Made by a program: the position numbers and the translations under genes. Below the pieces are notes generated by a model. That model was not told where the DNA came from. It did not search any database and saw nothing but the letters and a program-made list of their open reading frames with translations. From Podarcis cretensis (Eukaryota): a DNA stretch of 64,000 bases. The stretch is taken from positions 63,178,001 to 63,242,000 of the forward strand of contig OX638150.1 in NCBI GenBank assembly GCA_951804945.1, written 5' to 3'. The first letter of the stretch is position 1, and every line of letters begins with the position of its first letter. Below are positions 24,688-37,522 of this stretch, piece after piece.

Positions 24688-25307
24688 AATAAGAATAAAA
24701 ATAGTTGATGCTGAATGTCAGTGAATTTTTTACTATCCGCTCAGCAGCAATAATTCTAAAAAGACTCAGCAGCCAGGAGATGCCTTTTTAAATAAATAAA
24801 TAAAGACCTCACTTGATGCCAAAAAGCAATGGGACAATGGCAGTACATGATCTTATTTTTAAGCAAGCTACCGTCTTCTACACAAGCTACAGCTTCTTTA
24901 AAGACAGCATGTGTAGAGTGGACTACAATAGTTTGCCAAGGTATAGGTGACTGGCCAAAAATTAGAATAGCAGCAAACTTTAGCACAAATGGGACAAACA
25001 TCACATGAGACTTCAAGAGTAACACTGCATCCATAAACATTTTGAAACTGCAACCACTCCTTATTTTTTTTTACGCACACAGTAGCACTCATACCTAAAC
25101 TATATGTAATGACGAAGATCATTAGTTTTTAAACAAATCACTAATAGTGATTTACAGGGGCGTAGTGTGGGGGGTACCAGGGGGCTGTGGCCTTGGGAGC
25201 ACAATATTTGAGGGGGCAAAAACCAAGTGCCCCCATGTAGGCACCTCCAGTGCAGCCCAGCCCAGTCCAGTGCTCCTCTCCATCCACAGACTGGGCTCCC
25301 CCCTGCC

Positions 25308-25813
25308 TAGAGATGAGAAGGCCTGGGGGAAAACTGGAAAAATTGGGGTAAAAAACAGGGGTTTTCCCCCAGAAAAATTGAAAAAAATAGTTTGATATAG
25401 TTTGAATATTCCACACATTTCCCCCCCCCCCTTTTTTTCCTGAAAAAACTGGCTTTGGGAAAAAACAGAAAATAACATGACCCACCCATTTTTCCATCCC
25501 CCCCCCCCAGGCCTTCCAGCACCCACACTTTAGAGCTCCCAGCCAACTGACACCAGGCAGGTGCTTTCACTGTACTCTTTCCGGCAACTGCTCAAAACAT
25601 TTTCGTTAGGACCAGCCCATCTGAACACGTAGAAGCTGCATGCGATTTACTTCCTTTTAACCACTGCTGACTTTAATCATCTTTTGAATACTCTTAAATA
25701 CCTGCTTTTAACTGTGTTTTATCAATCATTTTAATGTTCTGTTGTATATTTTTGTAAACTGTTTAGAAGCTCTTACCATCATGCAGTTTATAATATATAA
25801 TAACAAATTCAAT

Positions 25814-25870
<57 letters not shown>

Positions 25871-26502
25871 TTTCCTTTCAAATAGAGTTTGAGCCTTAGC
25901 GCAACATACTATTCAGTAACTGGATGTTGGTTCCTTCTGGGCCTGGCATGCAAAAAAATTGCCTTATGTTTTACCCTGGCTGTCCTCAAGTAGAGATGGG
26001 AAGGCCTGGGGGGGGGGGAATTGGGGGACAGGTTTCCCCCCCCCCCAGCCGTTTTTTAGAAGTCCATGAGAAAAATGACAAAAGAGGAAGAGGAAGAAGA
26101 AATGGAAAATGATAGCAGTAGTTCAGAAAATGAGATAGAATAAACTGCATGTATATGTTGTATCCTCTGTCGGTTGTTTTTTTTAAAGCACCACTCAAAG
26201 TGTAGACCTTCTATGGAGCTTAAATATTGAGGCGGACCTTAATTTTATTTGCTGTTGGTGCTAAGGGGCAAATCTGATTATTATTTATGTTGATAGTTTC
26301 TTGCTTTTTTATTTGTTGCTTTTGATGGAAAGGGGGGGGTCATTACCTGTTTTATTGCAAGCATAATACTTTTATATAGACGGTGTTTCATGCAATTTGT
26401 AAAACTACTCCACACTGAACTTTTTTCCAAAATTTCCTTTTCCCCCGGAAAAAAACTATTTCCCCCCATGGCTTCAAAATTTCCGGAAATTTTACATCTC
26501 TA
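25308..26502. mobile_element. Nested composite hAT element, 1195 bp
   Basis: TIR TAGAGATG / CATCTCTA with perfect 8-bp TSD CCCCTGCC (25300-25307, 26503-26510). A second internal left end sits at 25991. Confidence 0.8.
25819..25868. repeat. (TC)n microsatellite
   Basis: Read directly from the sequence. Confidence 0.95.
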
Positions 26503-27754
26503 CCCCTGCCCAGGCAGGCAGGCGGCTCAGCGCAGCCCTGCTTTGCCCTGGTGGGGCTGGGGTCGCTCCGGCAGCATTGGTGTTGAGGGCTGGGCGGATG
26601 TCTCCCACCCCTGTGCATGCCCACAGGCCCTGGGCACTGACAACTGATCTACGCTGCTGGTGATTCATATTGAGACTGTGGGGCTAGAGAAAGGAGATAC
26701 TCCAGAGGCACGTTCCAGCAAAACAGTACTGAGTAACATTTTACTGAAATTAACTGGACTTGCCATTGCAACTAACTTGCTGGATTGTGTCTATAATGTT
26801 GTTTGGAATATTGTTTTATTTGGACAACAAAACAAATGCCTATTATTATTATTAAAAGCTACAGTCATTGTTAAATGTTGCTCTTTTCCTCTGCAGAAGA
26901 TGTTCACAAACTATGTGTGAAAGTCTTGCACTTCTTTGCAATTTTTCACAGACTTCCTTGTGATTTTATTTTCAACCCACCTTTGTAAATAAATAGTCTA
27001 TGAATAGTTCATTGCCCGTGTTTTATATGTGAGCTTTGAAACTCGCCCTTCATATAAGTAGTAATGTGGCATAATTTCCACTCTGGTTCAATACCTTTTT
27101 CAAAACAATGAGTCCCAATATTTTGTTGCTAGATATTCAAGCTTGGCTATTGTCATTTTGTCACAGTGGTTGCAAAGAATGGTGAAACGAGGATTTGAAT
27201 GCAGTGACAAGCCGATGTTTCCAAGTTGCAGAAAAACAGTTGATTAGAATCTAAATAAATATTCTCAGAAATACTACTGTTTCTGTTATGGGAAGGAGAT
27301 TAAAATTCACTCAAATTCTAGGAGATGAGTGTGTTTCAGTCTGAAAATACTGCTGCAGATTTCACATTAGAGCCTTTATGGAGTCTTTAGCAGAAAGGCT
27401 TTTCATCTTTGTGTGTAATTCCTATGTGTGAGTTCATTGTGGATTTTTCTCTATGATAAAACTTTGGGGTTTGTTTTCAATATGGAACACATCACTGTCA
27501 AATACCTGAAACTGATAGCTTCTCTTCTCCATGCAGAGATACATATAGAGGCATGCTATATGTACACACAACCATGCACGTACACACACAAGTCTTTCTT
27601 AAATTATTAACCACAGCATGCTGCTGACCTCATATGAGATTTGTTGAGCAGCCAGTCCTTTGTCCAAGGTACATACAGTCCTTAAGGTATGGTTTCTTTG
27701 AAGATGCATAGAATAGCAGCCTCCCTTTAAATATGCCTGTATATTTAACCGATA

Positions 27755-28009
27755 CAGTGGATGCTTGGGTTGTGAACGTGATCTGTGCGGGAGGCACGTT
27801 CGCAGCCCACAGCATTCGCAACCCGCAGCACTGTGTCTGCACATGCGTGGGTCGCGATTTGGTGCTTCTGCGCACGCACAAAGCGTGATTTAGCGCTTCT
27901 GCGCATGCGCCAAAACCCAGAAGTAACCCATTCCGGTACTTCCGGGTTCGGCGCAGTGCACAACCCGAAAATGCACAACCTAAAGCATCTGTAGCCCAAG
28001 GTATGATTG
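27755..28009. mobile_element. Tigger/pogo-like MITE
   Basis: TA flanks with CAGTGG...ATTG ends. Same family as 48458-48675. Confidence 0.75.
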
Positions 28010-30223
28010 TATATCTAATGTTCATTGTACATTGAATGCACTAAAATTAGAGATCCGAATGAACGTTTAGGGACTCCAGTGGTGGAAGATACATCTGCCA
28101 AAAATAAAAGCCCTAAAAGGATTTATACTGGAATAAAACCAGCTTTTAAATTGTAGGCAAGCAGATCTCATTCTCTTTTTACATATAATATCTCATGACT
28201 TGCATCATTATATTAACAAGAACAGTTCTGTTCTGTAGCATTGCTTGATGCATATTTCCTTGGAAACAATAAGGCTTACTTTCAAGTAGGTGTGCAAAGG
28301 ATTACTGTTTTCATTCCACACTGGCACAGCAATCTACCTGCCCCCTGCCGCCACCAGGAAGAACTTTTTGCCAGTAAGAGCAGTTCGACAGTGGAGCAGA
28401 CTCCCTTGGGAGGTTGTGATTTCTCCTTCCTTGGAGGTTTTAAAGCAGAGTTGGATGACATGTATTAACTAGCTGAGATTTCTGCATTGCAGGGGGTTGA
28501 GCTAAATGACCCTCTGGGGTCCCTTCAAACTCCACAATCCTGTGATTCTATGATTCCGCCCTGGCCTTGCGCAGCAGAGATGGGCGGGGGCGCGACTTCA
28601 GAGACTTATGATTGCAGTCTAGATCTATTACACAGAGTGAAAATGACAAAGGTGAAAACAGCTTAAAAGGCAGCAGTACAAAACTAAAAAGTTAGCGGAT
28701 CATTTAAAGCAGCCTTCACCAACCTGGTGCCATTCAGATGTTTGGGACTGCAACACTGTGGCAGCTTGGGCTGATGGGAGCTGTAGCTCAAAACATCTGA
28801 ATGGCACCACATTGGGGAAGACTAGTCTAATGAATGGCAGAGAGTCAACCTGGTGGATCTTCACTGTGAAGTCGCTCCACAATTTTGATGTCACCTCCAA
28901 GAAAACCAGTCTCTTATATACACCCACCTGAGCTGATGTATAGATGGCCATGAGAGCAGGACCTGTGAGACTGATCTTAAAAGCTGTGGGTCCACAAGGG
29001 AGTGGGCAGTTTTGGAGATTATCTGGTCCCTAAGGTGTTTTTGTAGCTATGCAAGGGAAAGCTATTGTCCAAATTAGCTCTGGCTCCTAAAACAATCCAG
29101 CCTAATCTAGATGGACACCTAGATATTCACCTGGTGAGTCAGCATCCACAAGCCTGAACTGAGATAAAACCAATTCCACTCCAAGACTGAGGGGGATGGG
29201 CAGAATCAAGGAGAGAACAGGAAAACAAGAACTCTGTGGTGTGGTGAAAGGCAGCTTGGGAGAGCGACATTTTGATCAGGAAAACGTCCTACTGAGAGAA
29301 GATTAAGCAGCCACCCCCATTCCACCACAGCCACTGCTGCAATCAAATTCAGAGCCCCTGAGACGGCATTAAAATAAAATTGAAGCTTGCTGAGAGACAT
29401 GTATTTGCTACTTTATGCCTAGTTTGGTCCTATTATGAAATGCTGTGATGCCTAATCTTGTTTTTTTAAAAAAGAATCCCTTTACTCCACAACAGCTGTT
29501 TCGTAAATTATGGCGCTTTCCCCCCCATACACTGCTTGCTGGATTAAATAGTGTTCTGTACTCAAACATTCTGCATCTTTCCGCCTCTGTGGTGAATAAT
29601 CTGCATGCACACTCCTGTCTTCTTCTAGGTAACCAGGCACACAGAAGAGTTTTAGTTCCTGTTGTGGCACACTTTAGAAAGTATGCCAACCTTGCTCATT
29701 ATGCCAGGCAGCTTCACTGCTATTTTAGGTTTCACAGCTGAGAAGATGGCTGTTCCTTTGGGTTACGAAATAAGGGAGCACTTGTCCTGGTTGGAGAGGT
29801 GTTGTGTTTCAAAGGTACTAGCACAGGGAGCAGGTGTGGCATGCTTTTCACACAAAGGTGCTCAGGTAATTACTAATTATACTGCAAAGCCACAATCCAC
29901 TTGTTTTAGGGCCCCACTGTTGAATATTCTGCTGAATGGCTAAGAATATTCTCTCAACTCCAAATGAAATCTATTTATTACTTCTTCCACACACCCCTCC
30001 TTTTTTGTTGCTATATAACCTAACACTCACCTCAGAGGACAGTTTAACAAGAAAAGTATACTATCCACAGTGAGAATCTATGCCTGCTTATTTGAGGCAA
30101 CTTATTCCCAGGGAACTGTGTATAGGATTGCAATAATATAATGGGAATCACTGTATTTGTTTGGAGTCTGCTCTTTAAAATTATTTAGCATTTGGGATAT
30201 TGTGGTTAGGTAAACCCCTGGTA

Positions 30224-30338
30224 CAGTGGCACCTCAGGTTAAGAACTTAATTTGTTCCAGAGGTCTGTTCTTAACCTGAAACTGTTCTTAAGCTGAAGCA
30301 CCACTTTAGCTAATGAGGCATGTAACCCGAGGTACCAT
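30224..30338. mobile_element. Tigger-like MITE, internally deleted relative of 42167-42407
   Basis: Shares gttaagaactt...gttcttaacctgaa...ccactttagctaatg. Confidence 0.7.
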
Positions 30339-32623
30339 CATCACTTGACTAAAAGAATAGTGGTCCCTATAAATTTCATCTCTTGTTTCTGACACACCTA
30401 GGGTGGTAGTCAGGTAGGTTTTACTCAAAATAGACCTGTTGGATTTAATGAACAGGTCTAAGTTAATTTCAGGGTGTCTGTTTCGAGAAAAATTTAGTTA
30501 AATACCCACCTCAGCTTGGAAAGGAAAATCTGTCTGAAACAAACTGTAAGCCACCCAATCTGATGCATTAGTTTGGAGATGTTTTTGGTAAGTACATTTT
30601 AGCTTGTGTCTTTAAGAAAACACAGCTTTTTTTATTGTCAGAGATTGTGAGCTTGCATGCACATGACATTGGCCTGCTTTGGATGACACACTAAGCCAAA
30701 CGTAGGCTAAGCCAAACCTTAGCTTGGCCTAGAGCAGTCTGGCAGCAAAATGGACCAGTGGTTGTGATCTCCTCTTGGGAAGCTTGTACACTCACTCAAT
30801 TTCATTAAGCTAAAGTTGTTTCGCATGTTGTGTGAACCAGGTAGTTGCTTCTCCAGTTACCCAGAACTGACAGAGATTTGGAAGTAAAATGATTCCTTAT
30901 CAGCCTGACTCATCCCCCTGCCGCATGGATAACGATTCTTGAAACTGAGAGGAATTCCAAAATAGTTCTTGGGTATGGTGAGCGCGTGCTGTTCCAAGAG
31001 AACAATGTCATGGGAACTTATGCAACCCCTTGATAATGCCTCAAGCAATTCTTGGAATCCTACCAGCCATGTGTATTTATTTCATGTTGGTTGTGTGCTG
31101 CTGCCATATTGGGAGAGGTGCCATTGGTCTTAGATGTGCATTCCTTTTGTGGTCTCCCCCCCCCCCAAAGAGTTGCTATTTACTCAAAATCACAGATTCC
31201 TGAAATACTTTAACAAATGGCATTAATCTTCCCACTTTGGGCAAAATTTCACATTGGTTTTCTGTGAGAAAACTGCTATTTCAGAAGGCACAAAACTGGT
31301 TCATGGAAAATATTTACCCTCCAGCTCCTTTGTGCCCTTTTCCATGCCTGTTCTGATCCATTGATAGCTCATCTACTTCTGTTTAGAGTGACAGGGAGAG
31401 AACATGTCCACCTTGCCCTCCCTTGTCTTGCCATGCTTTGCTGGAAGCTTCATTGCCCACCACTATTGAGCAGCAGGACTTTTGCCCCAGTCTAGCAGTT
31501 CTGGTGATGCATCATGAATGACCAGGTAGGGAAAGAGTGTAGATGTGGATGGGCATGCACATCTGGATGGTAATCCAAATGGACATGCCATTAAACACTA
31601 TGCCGAATATTCACCCGAAAGTGGAATGTGCATCATTTGTATGTAAGCCAGGATGTGAATATTCATCCACATTCTGCATCAACTGATCAATTTCATTTAG
31701 GCTTTAAATATACTCTTTTGTTATTTGGGAGTACATAAATATTGCAAATCAATAAGTACGACTGGAGTGGAGTGAGGGAGCAATGAGGCGTCAGGGAACA
31801 CATCTGCAACCTTGCAAACAGTTTTGCATTCTGTTGAAAACGTGTGCAAACCATTAACAAGAGGGTGTATTTAACCGAGTGAAAAAAGACCCAAATGTTT
31901 GGCTGAACACAGGTGTAATTCCATTTCTTTTTTACGTCCATGATCTATTGAGATATTGATATACTGTAATTGGTTTATACTCTGGTGTGCCACTCCGTTT
32001 TCTTTGGGGACAGCTTGCCAGCAGAGAGTAGATTAGGTTATGCAGATTAATTGGGATAAATCCTGGCCCCAGAATAGCAAACGATACAGAACAAATCCTT
32101 GGATCATGACTAAATTAGTACTTAGGTGTTGATTGTTTTAGGGAAAAAACCTGAATGTGTATCAGTGCGTCTATGCATGTGCATACACTCAAAGGTGATT
32201 CCTTTTATGGTTTGTGTAGCATATTAAAGCAGTTCCCTTATCTAATGATAGCTAAGTTGAGCGCTATTAGGGTTACACATTAACAATAGTAACGATACCT
32301 TCCCTCCATACGGACATTAGCCTCCCCTTGATCCCCATTTTGAACTTCTTGCCTCTGGCCTCATTAACAGGTTTATTTGGGCTGATCAAGGAGGTCATTT
32401 ACCTCCCATAATTGTGACAAGATTGTGGATGGGGGCGGGAATTCAAAATAAGTTAGCCCTTCTTATCAGAAGATAGTCGGGTGGTGGCAATAAAGTTTTC
32501 AAATATTAAAAATTGGACAATTGGGCTCAATGCCTACTATCAGGAAAAGTGGTTTAATGAATAAAGAATAGGAGTTAATTGGAAAGCAAAGATAGCAGGA
32601 GAGCTGCCTTTGAAGTTAGGGAT

Positions 32624-32720
32624 TAGGGCTGGGTGATATCTGGTTTTCAACATCACAATATTTCACCAGCTAAACATCGCGATATTTCAATATATCACAA
32701 TGTTTGAAATAAGGCTGAAA
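32624..32720. mobile_element. hAT-like left end
   Basis: TAGGGCTGGGTGATATC terminus with (C/T)GATAT-type subterminal repeats. Right end not identified. Confidence 0.45.
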
Positions 32721-33558
32721 CTATGTAGAGGTGAATGTGGTAATGCCCTGGCAACTGCTACTACTTACGGGTTTAACTCTAAAACTGATAAATTTTTACT
32801 TACCTTTAACATATTGTTAAAACTGTTATGTTATAGTACTACTGTACTGATAATGTTTAAATTAGCACATTATCTCTAAAACTAAAGCTGTAGAAGTAAT
32901 TCAGTAGCATAGATATCAAAGGTAAGGTGAGACAGTTTCCTAAAGAATTAATTACATTACTAAACAAGAAAAAAGCCAATTCACAATCACTGTCACAATT
33001 TTAGATATTCCAATATATTTCACTATTTAACCACTATAACAACTAGTGGTTAAAAACAGCTTCTTAAAAACAACAAACAAACAAAATAGTTTTAAAGACA
33101 CCCAAAGTTTGACGTTCTGCTCGAATCAGTAAAACTTAAATCCTATTCAAATATGAATTTTCTGACAAAATTGTCTCCAGCTAGATTTTAGGAGTGGGTC
33201 TTACCACTTTGTCATCAGAGGAAGAAGGAAGTTCTCAAATGGGGAGGGTTTGCATTCAGATAAACAATATATTTGCGACAACTGCATGTAAAAATGCTGT
33301 TAATTTTTTCCATTGCAGATTATATTTTGTTTAAAAAAGGTGTGTGGGGGGGAGTATTCAAGGCTCACACTCTTCAGTCAACCTTAGAAGGGATGTGAAT
33401 GCCTATGTATAATGGGGAATGGCTTTGCTGAGGCTGGCAAACTGTTCTGGTAACGCCTATATTTACTGTCCATATTACCAGCAGAACATCCTCTTAATGG
33501 ACAACTGAGCATGGTGGAAACAAGGGGAAAAAATCAATTGATATATGGATGATACATA

Positions 33559-33747
33559 CCGGATTTTTCCGTGTATAAGACAATGTTTTGTACGATTGGT
33601 GGTCAGGTGGGTGTGCGATTGTTGGCAACCCGCCCCCAAAAAAGCTCAACAATTCGAAGCAATCTCCCCCCCATTTCCTTAATAAGGGGTCCCAAAAATA
33701 GGGGAGTGTCTTATACATGGGGGTGTGTCATACACAGAAAAATACGG
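33559..33747. mobile_element. Tc/mariner (Tc2/pogo-type) MITE
   Basis: TA-CCGGATTTTTCCGTGTATAAGAC ... GTCATACACAGAAAAATACGG-TA inverted ends. Confidence 0.75.
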
Positions 33748-33799
33748 TACATAAAATCTGGCATGAAATGCAGTATTACCATGCAGTGGAATGTTGGAT

Positions 33800-34560
33800 T
33801 GATATTTAAGAAAACTGTAAGTATGCTGTTTAACATATACGTGAAACAGCTTGATGGGGTTACACTTCCTCTGAAGGAGCAGGTACATAGCTTGGGGGTC
33901 CCTCTGAATGAATCCTTTGCTTGAGGCTCGAGTGGCCTCAGTGGCGTAGAGTACCTTCCATCAGCTTCAACTGATGGCCCAGTTGCACCCCTATATGGAC
34001 AGGGATAACCTAACTTTTGTCATCTATGCTCTGGTAACCTCTAGGTTAGATTACTGAAACACATTATGCTTATGGCTGCTCACTAGGGCAAGATGGTTTC
34101 AAATTTCACTGATCCTGGCCAGACTGCACTGGCTAACAGTTAGTTTCCAGGCCCATTTCAAAGTACTATAAAGCCTTAAAAGGCTTTATGAGGCTACCTG
34201 GACCCTGAGATCCTCCTCTGAGGCCCTTCTTCTTGTGTCTCCTGCATGAGAGGTCCAGAGGGTGGCAACACAAGAACAGGCCTCCCCATTTGCAGAATGC
34301 TCTCCCCAAGGTGGCTTGCCTGGCACCGTTACTGCATCTCTTTAGACACCAGGTGAGATCATTACTCTATAATCAGGCCTTTGGCTGCTTAACATTCTAT
34401 GGCCTTTAAATGAGTTTGTCGGGGGAGGGGAGTTATTGGTTTTGTTTTTGTTTTCATTGTGCATTTTGTGTTCTCATTTTGTATTTTTATGTTATGAACT
34501 GCCCTGTGATCTTTTGCTGAAGGGCGGTCTACTACTACTACTACCATTACTACTAAATAA
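33800..34560 (+). mobile_element. L2 LINE 3-prime fragment
   Basis: Motifs LFNIY, LDGVTLPLKEQVHSLGV, RLDY and LHWL, with a (CTA)n tail. Confidence 0.75.
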
Positions 34561-34618
34561 CAGGTGTTCAGAAGCCCATCATTTCTGTCTTTCTCTTTGA
34601 TAATCATTTCAAATGACA

Positions 34619-34772
34619 CAGGCAACTCCCTATTTACGCAGGGGTTACGTCGTTTTTGCCATATTCGCACTCTTTGGGGAACTGTTTTTGCCTCTTTAGG
34701 TGCCATTTCTGGGTTTGCGGCAATGTGGGCGGTCACACATGACTTGATTGTGTGTAAATGGGGAGTTGCCTG
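34619..34772. mobile_element. Tigger-like MITE
   Basis: TIR CAGGCAACTCCCTATTTAC / GTAAATGGGGAGTTGCCTG. Confidence 0.7.
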
Positions 34773-35266
34773 TTGAAGCAATACACAGAAACCTGTCACA
34801 TGAAATGATTTAGGTATAGTTGTCTTTTGTATCCAAACTACCAATCTTCCATGCTTTCTGGTCAACACACATTCCACTAATACAGGGGAATTCCCACTTA
34901 TGTGGGGGGTTCTGTTCCCGGCTACCATGCACATCAGCGGGATGTTCTTAAGTCCCTTCCCCCCCCACCCCCTTTCAGCACTGAAAATAGTGTGTGTGTC
35001 AGCAGTTGCATGTGTGCTGATCGTGCACGAGTGGGAAATGCCTGTATGTCAGAATTCGCAAATTGTAGCTGATACATTTTCCCTTTCCCCTTTTTTCCTA
35101 ATAGCCCTCTCCCCACAAACCCATCTGATAACTTGGAACTGATATAGTAATTGTGTTCACTCTCCACTCAGTCATTAGTTTTTTTCTTCTGTTTATGAAT
35201 CATCCGCATTTCTGTGCTCTACACATATTTGCTAATTATTGACATGGATGAGTAATGCAGCTAAGC

Positions 35267-36130
35267 CAGGGGTTGCCAACCTTTTAGGGGCCACAGGCAC
35301 ATTTTGAATGTTGAAAGTGCCATGGGCACCACCCCCTCTGGTTATTTCTCCCCCTCCCAACCAGACAGAAAGCAGATCTGTGTACGCATGCACATATTCT
35401 TTGCTTTCATAAGTGGTCTGAGTAAAAGTCAGGTGTAGTAGAATTAAAATGGATCCTCTTGAACTTGCAGAATGTGTGACATGGTTTAATGGTGGTTTTC
35501 AGGGGATCCCTTGAAAAATTAGAGTAAATAAGGATCCGTGTCTCAGATCCATGTTTTTGTGTCATGGCAATGCTGGAAAACAGTGGATCTGTAGGGGGTT
35601 TCCAATGGATACAAAAGTGATCCATGATTTGATGGTGGCTTGGGATATGTGTGAACCCATTAAGATTATGAAATTTCAGGAGGATCAATTTTACTGGATC
35701 TGATTTTGTGTGTGGCACGTGCACCTCCTCTCACTCTTTGTCACACTTCACCCTTTCTCTCGACTCTTGTGGCACAACATTTTCTCCTCTCAGCTACACT
35801 CAAGTTTCCCAAATCACTCCAGTTTTCCTCTTTGCCTCCCTGCTTCCTCACTTTTCCTCTTGGTTACTCTGCTTCCTGTTAAGCTGCCCAGAAGCCAATC
35901 TGAGACTCAGAAAGCACAGAGCTGAAAGAAGTGGCGAAGAGTGCCACTCTTTCAACTTCCTCCTCCAGTTCTATGTAGTTTTTAGGAGGGTGAGGGAAGA
36001 TAACCACTCTGGCTACTTAGTAAAGATAGTGCAGTGAGATGGGCGAGGGGATTAAGAGCTTTCACAGGCAGGTATCAGGGGAAGTCCTCCAGGGTGTTGT
36101 TGTGCCCATAGGCACCATGTTGGCAACCCA
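35267..36130. mobile_element. hAT-like element ends enclosing ~860 bp
   Basis: CAGGGGTTGCCAAC ... GTTGGCAACCC inverted ends. No clean TSD. Confidence 0.5.
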
Positions 36131-36874
36131 GAATGAAATAATATATAGGCTGTATTGTTTGTGGACGCCTCTTAATACTCCCCTGCTTCCTTCTAGTTCC
36201 TTTGAGTGACAGAATATTCAGATTATTTGACACTACTTAACAGCCTGATCCTATGCAAAGTTAGACATGCCTAAACCCACTGATTTTTTATATGCATGGG
36301 ATGGACTGTTAATCCTATTTGGCTGGCTGATAAAATAGATTAGAAAAAATGAGTTATCAAGTATGAGTAATTAACGACAAAACAAGCATGCAGACCTTGT
36401 GTTTCTCCAGTTAATTGGGGGCTGGGATGGGGAGGTTTAAATTCATGAAATGTTTGAAATTGAAAGACAAAGTCATGAAGAGCGTTGTAAATGTTCTAGT
36501 GAGATGCCCATCAAATGGGCCAGAGGCGGGAACATATTTCAGAAAGTGGTGATATAGATGGACTGTAGCTGAGTGTGTTGGCGGGTTGTGAGTCAACCTC
36601 CACTAAGTTTTCCCATTCTTAGGTGGGTTTTGGACACCTTTCTTTTCCTCTGCATCTTTTTCCTCCAGGCTTGCCCTCCTATATTGTAACAGGGCTCCTA
36701 TGCCTTTAAAATGCTGCATGTCCAGCACAAAAGTAACAGCTGCTGCTGCTGCTACCCTCATCTATACACTCTTTTTCTTCTATGTAAAGCTGGTGTTGTA
36801 GGAAAAGAGCAGAGGGTGAACTTATAGTAGGAATGGGAGAGCATAAGATTGTGGGTCCCAAATATCAATCAGGT

Positions 36875-37055
36875 TGCTTGACTGTTTAAGTTACATCCCA
36901 TTTGGATTACTGCACTGTGCTCTATGTGGGGCTGGGGGGCTGCCTTTGAAAAGTGATCAGAAACTTCAACCAGCTCAAAAAGCTGCAGCAAGATTGCTGG
37001 CTGGGGCTGGCTATAGGGAGCATACGATTTCCTTGCAAGAACAGCTTCACTGGGA
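36875..37055 (+). mobile_element. L2 LINE fragment
   Basis: Translation includes GLPLKSDQKLQPAQKAAARLL...EQLHW. Confidence 0.65.
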
Positions 37056-37522
37056 GGGAATGCGAAGGTGCTTGCACTCTCTAAGACAGAGGCACTGACG
37101 CAGGAATAAGATGGAGGGCTGGTCGCGTGTGCGCAACGTCATGACGGCGGTGTCACGCATGACGTCACAATGTTGTTTGCGATGCCTGGATGGGCGCTGT
37201 TGCGTGCAACATCCAGACATCACGCAGCATCTCTCCCAGGAGAGACACATGGCTCGGGCACGCTGCAGGCCCTGCGGTAAGTCCCACCCCCTGGGTGAGT
37301 GGTACCCAGTGTGCCCCCCCCCAGCTACACCTCTGGTGAATCCCCTAGGGCCTGTTGTGAATCATGGAGGCCAGTGTAATCAGTACCTGTTTCAGCAGTG
37401 GGCACACAGCAAAATGGCATTCATGCAGGCATCACGAGAAATACTTGTGTGGAGAGGCACATCGTGGAAAGCCAGTGACAGCCAATGTGGTACAGTAGTT
37501 CTCGGACAGTGCATTGTCCCTC

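Larger units (their letters stand above)
25155..26659. mobile_element. Outer hAT MITE interrupted by a nested insertion
   Basis: TIR CAGGGGCGTAG / CTACGCTGCTG with 8-bp TSD GTGATTTA / GTGATTCA. Confidence 0.75.

Noticed and set aside
24182-24724. 180-aa plus-strand ORF
   Set aside because: Antisense shadow of the BovB RT C-terminus.
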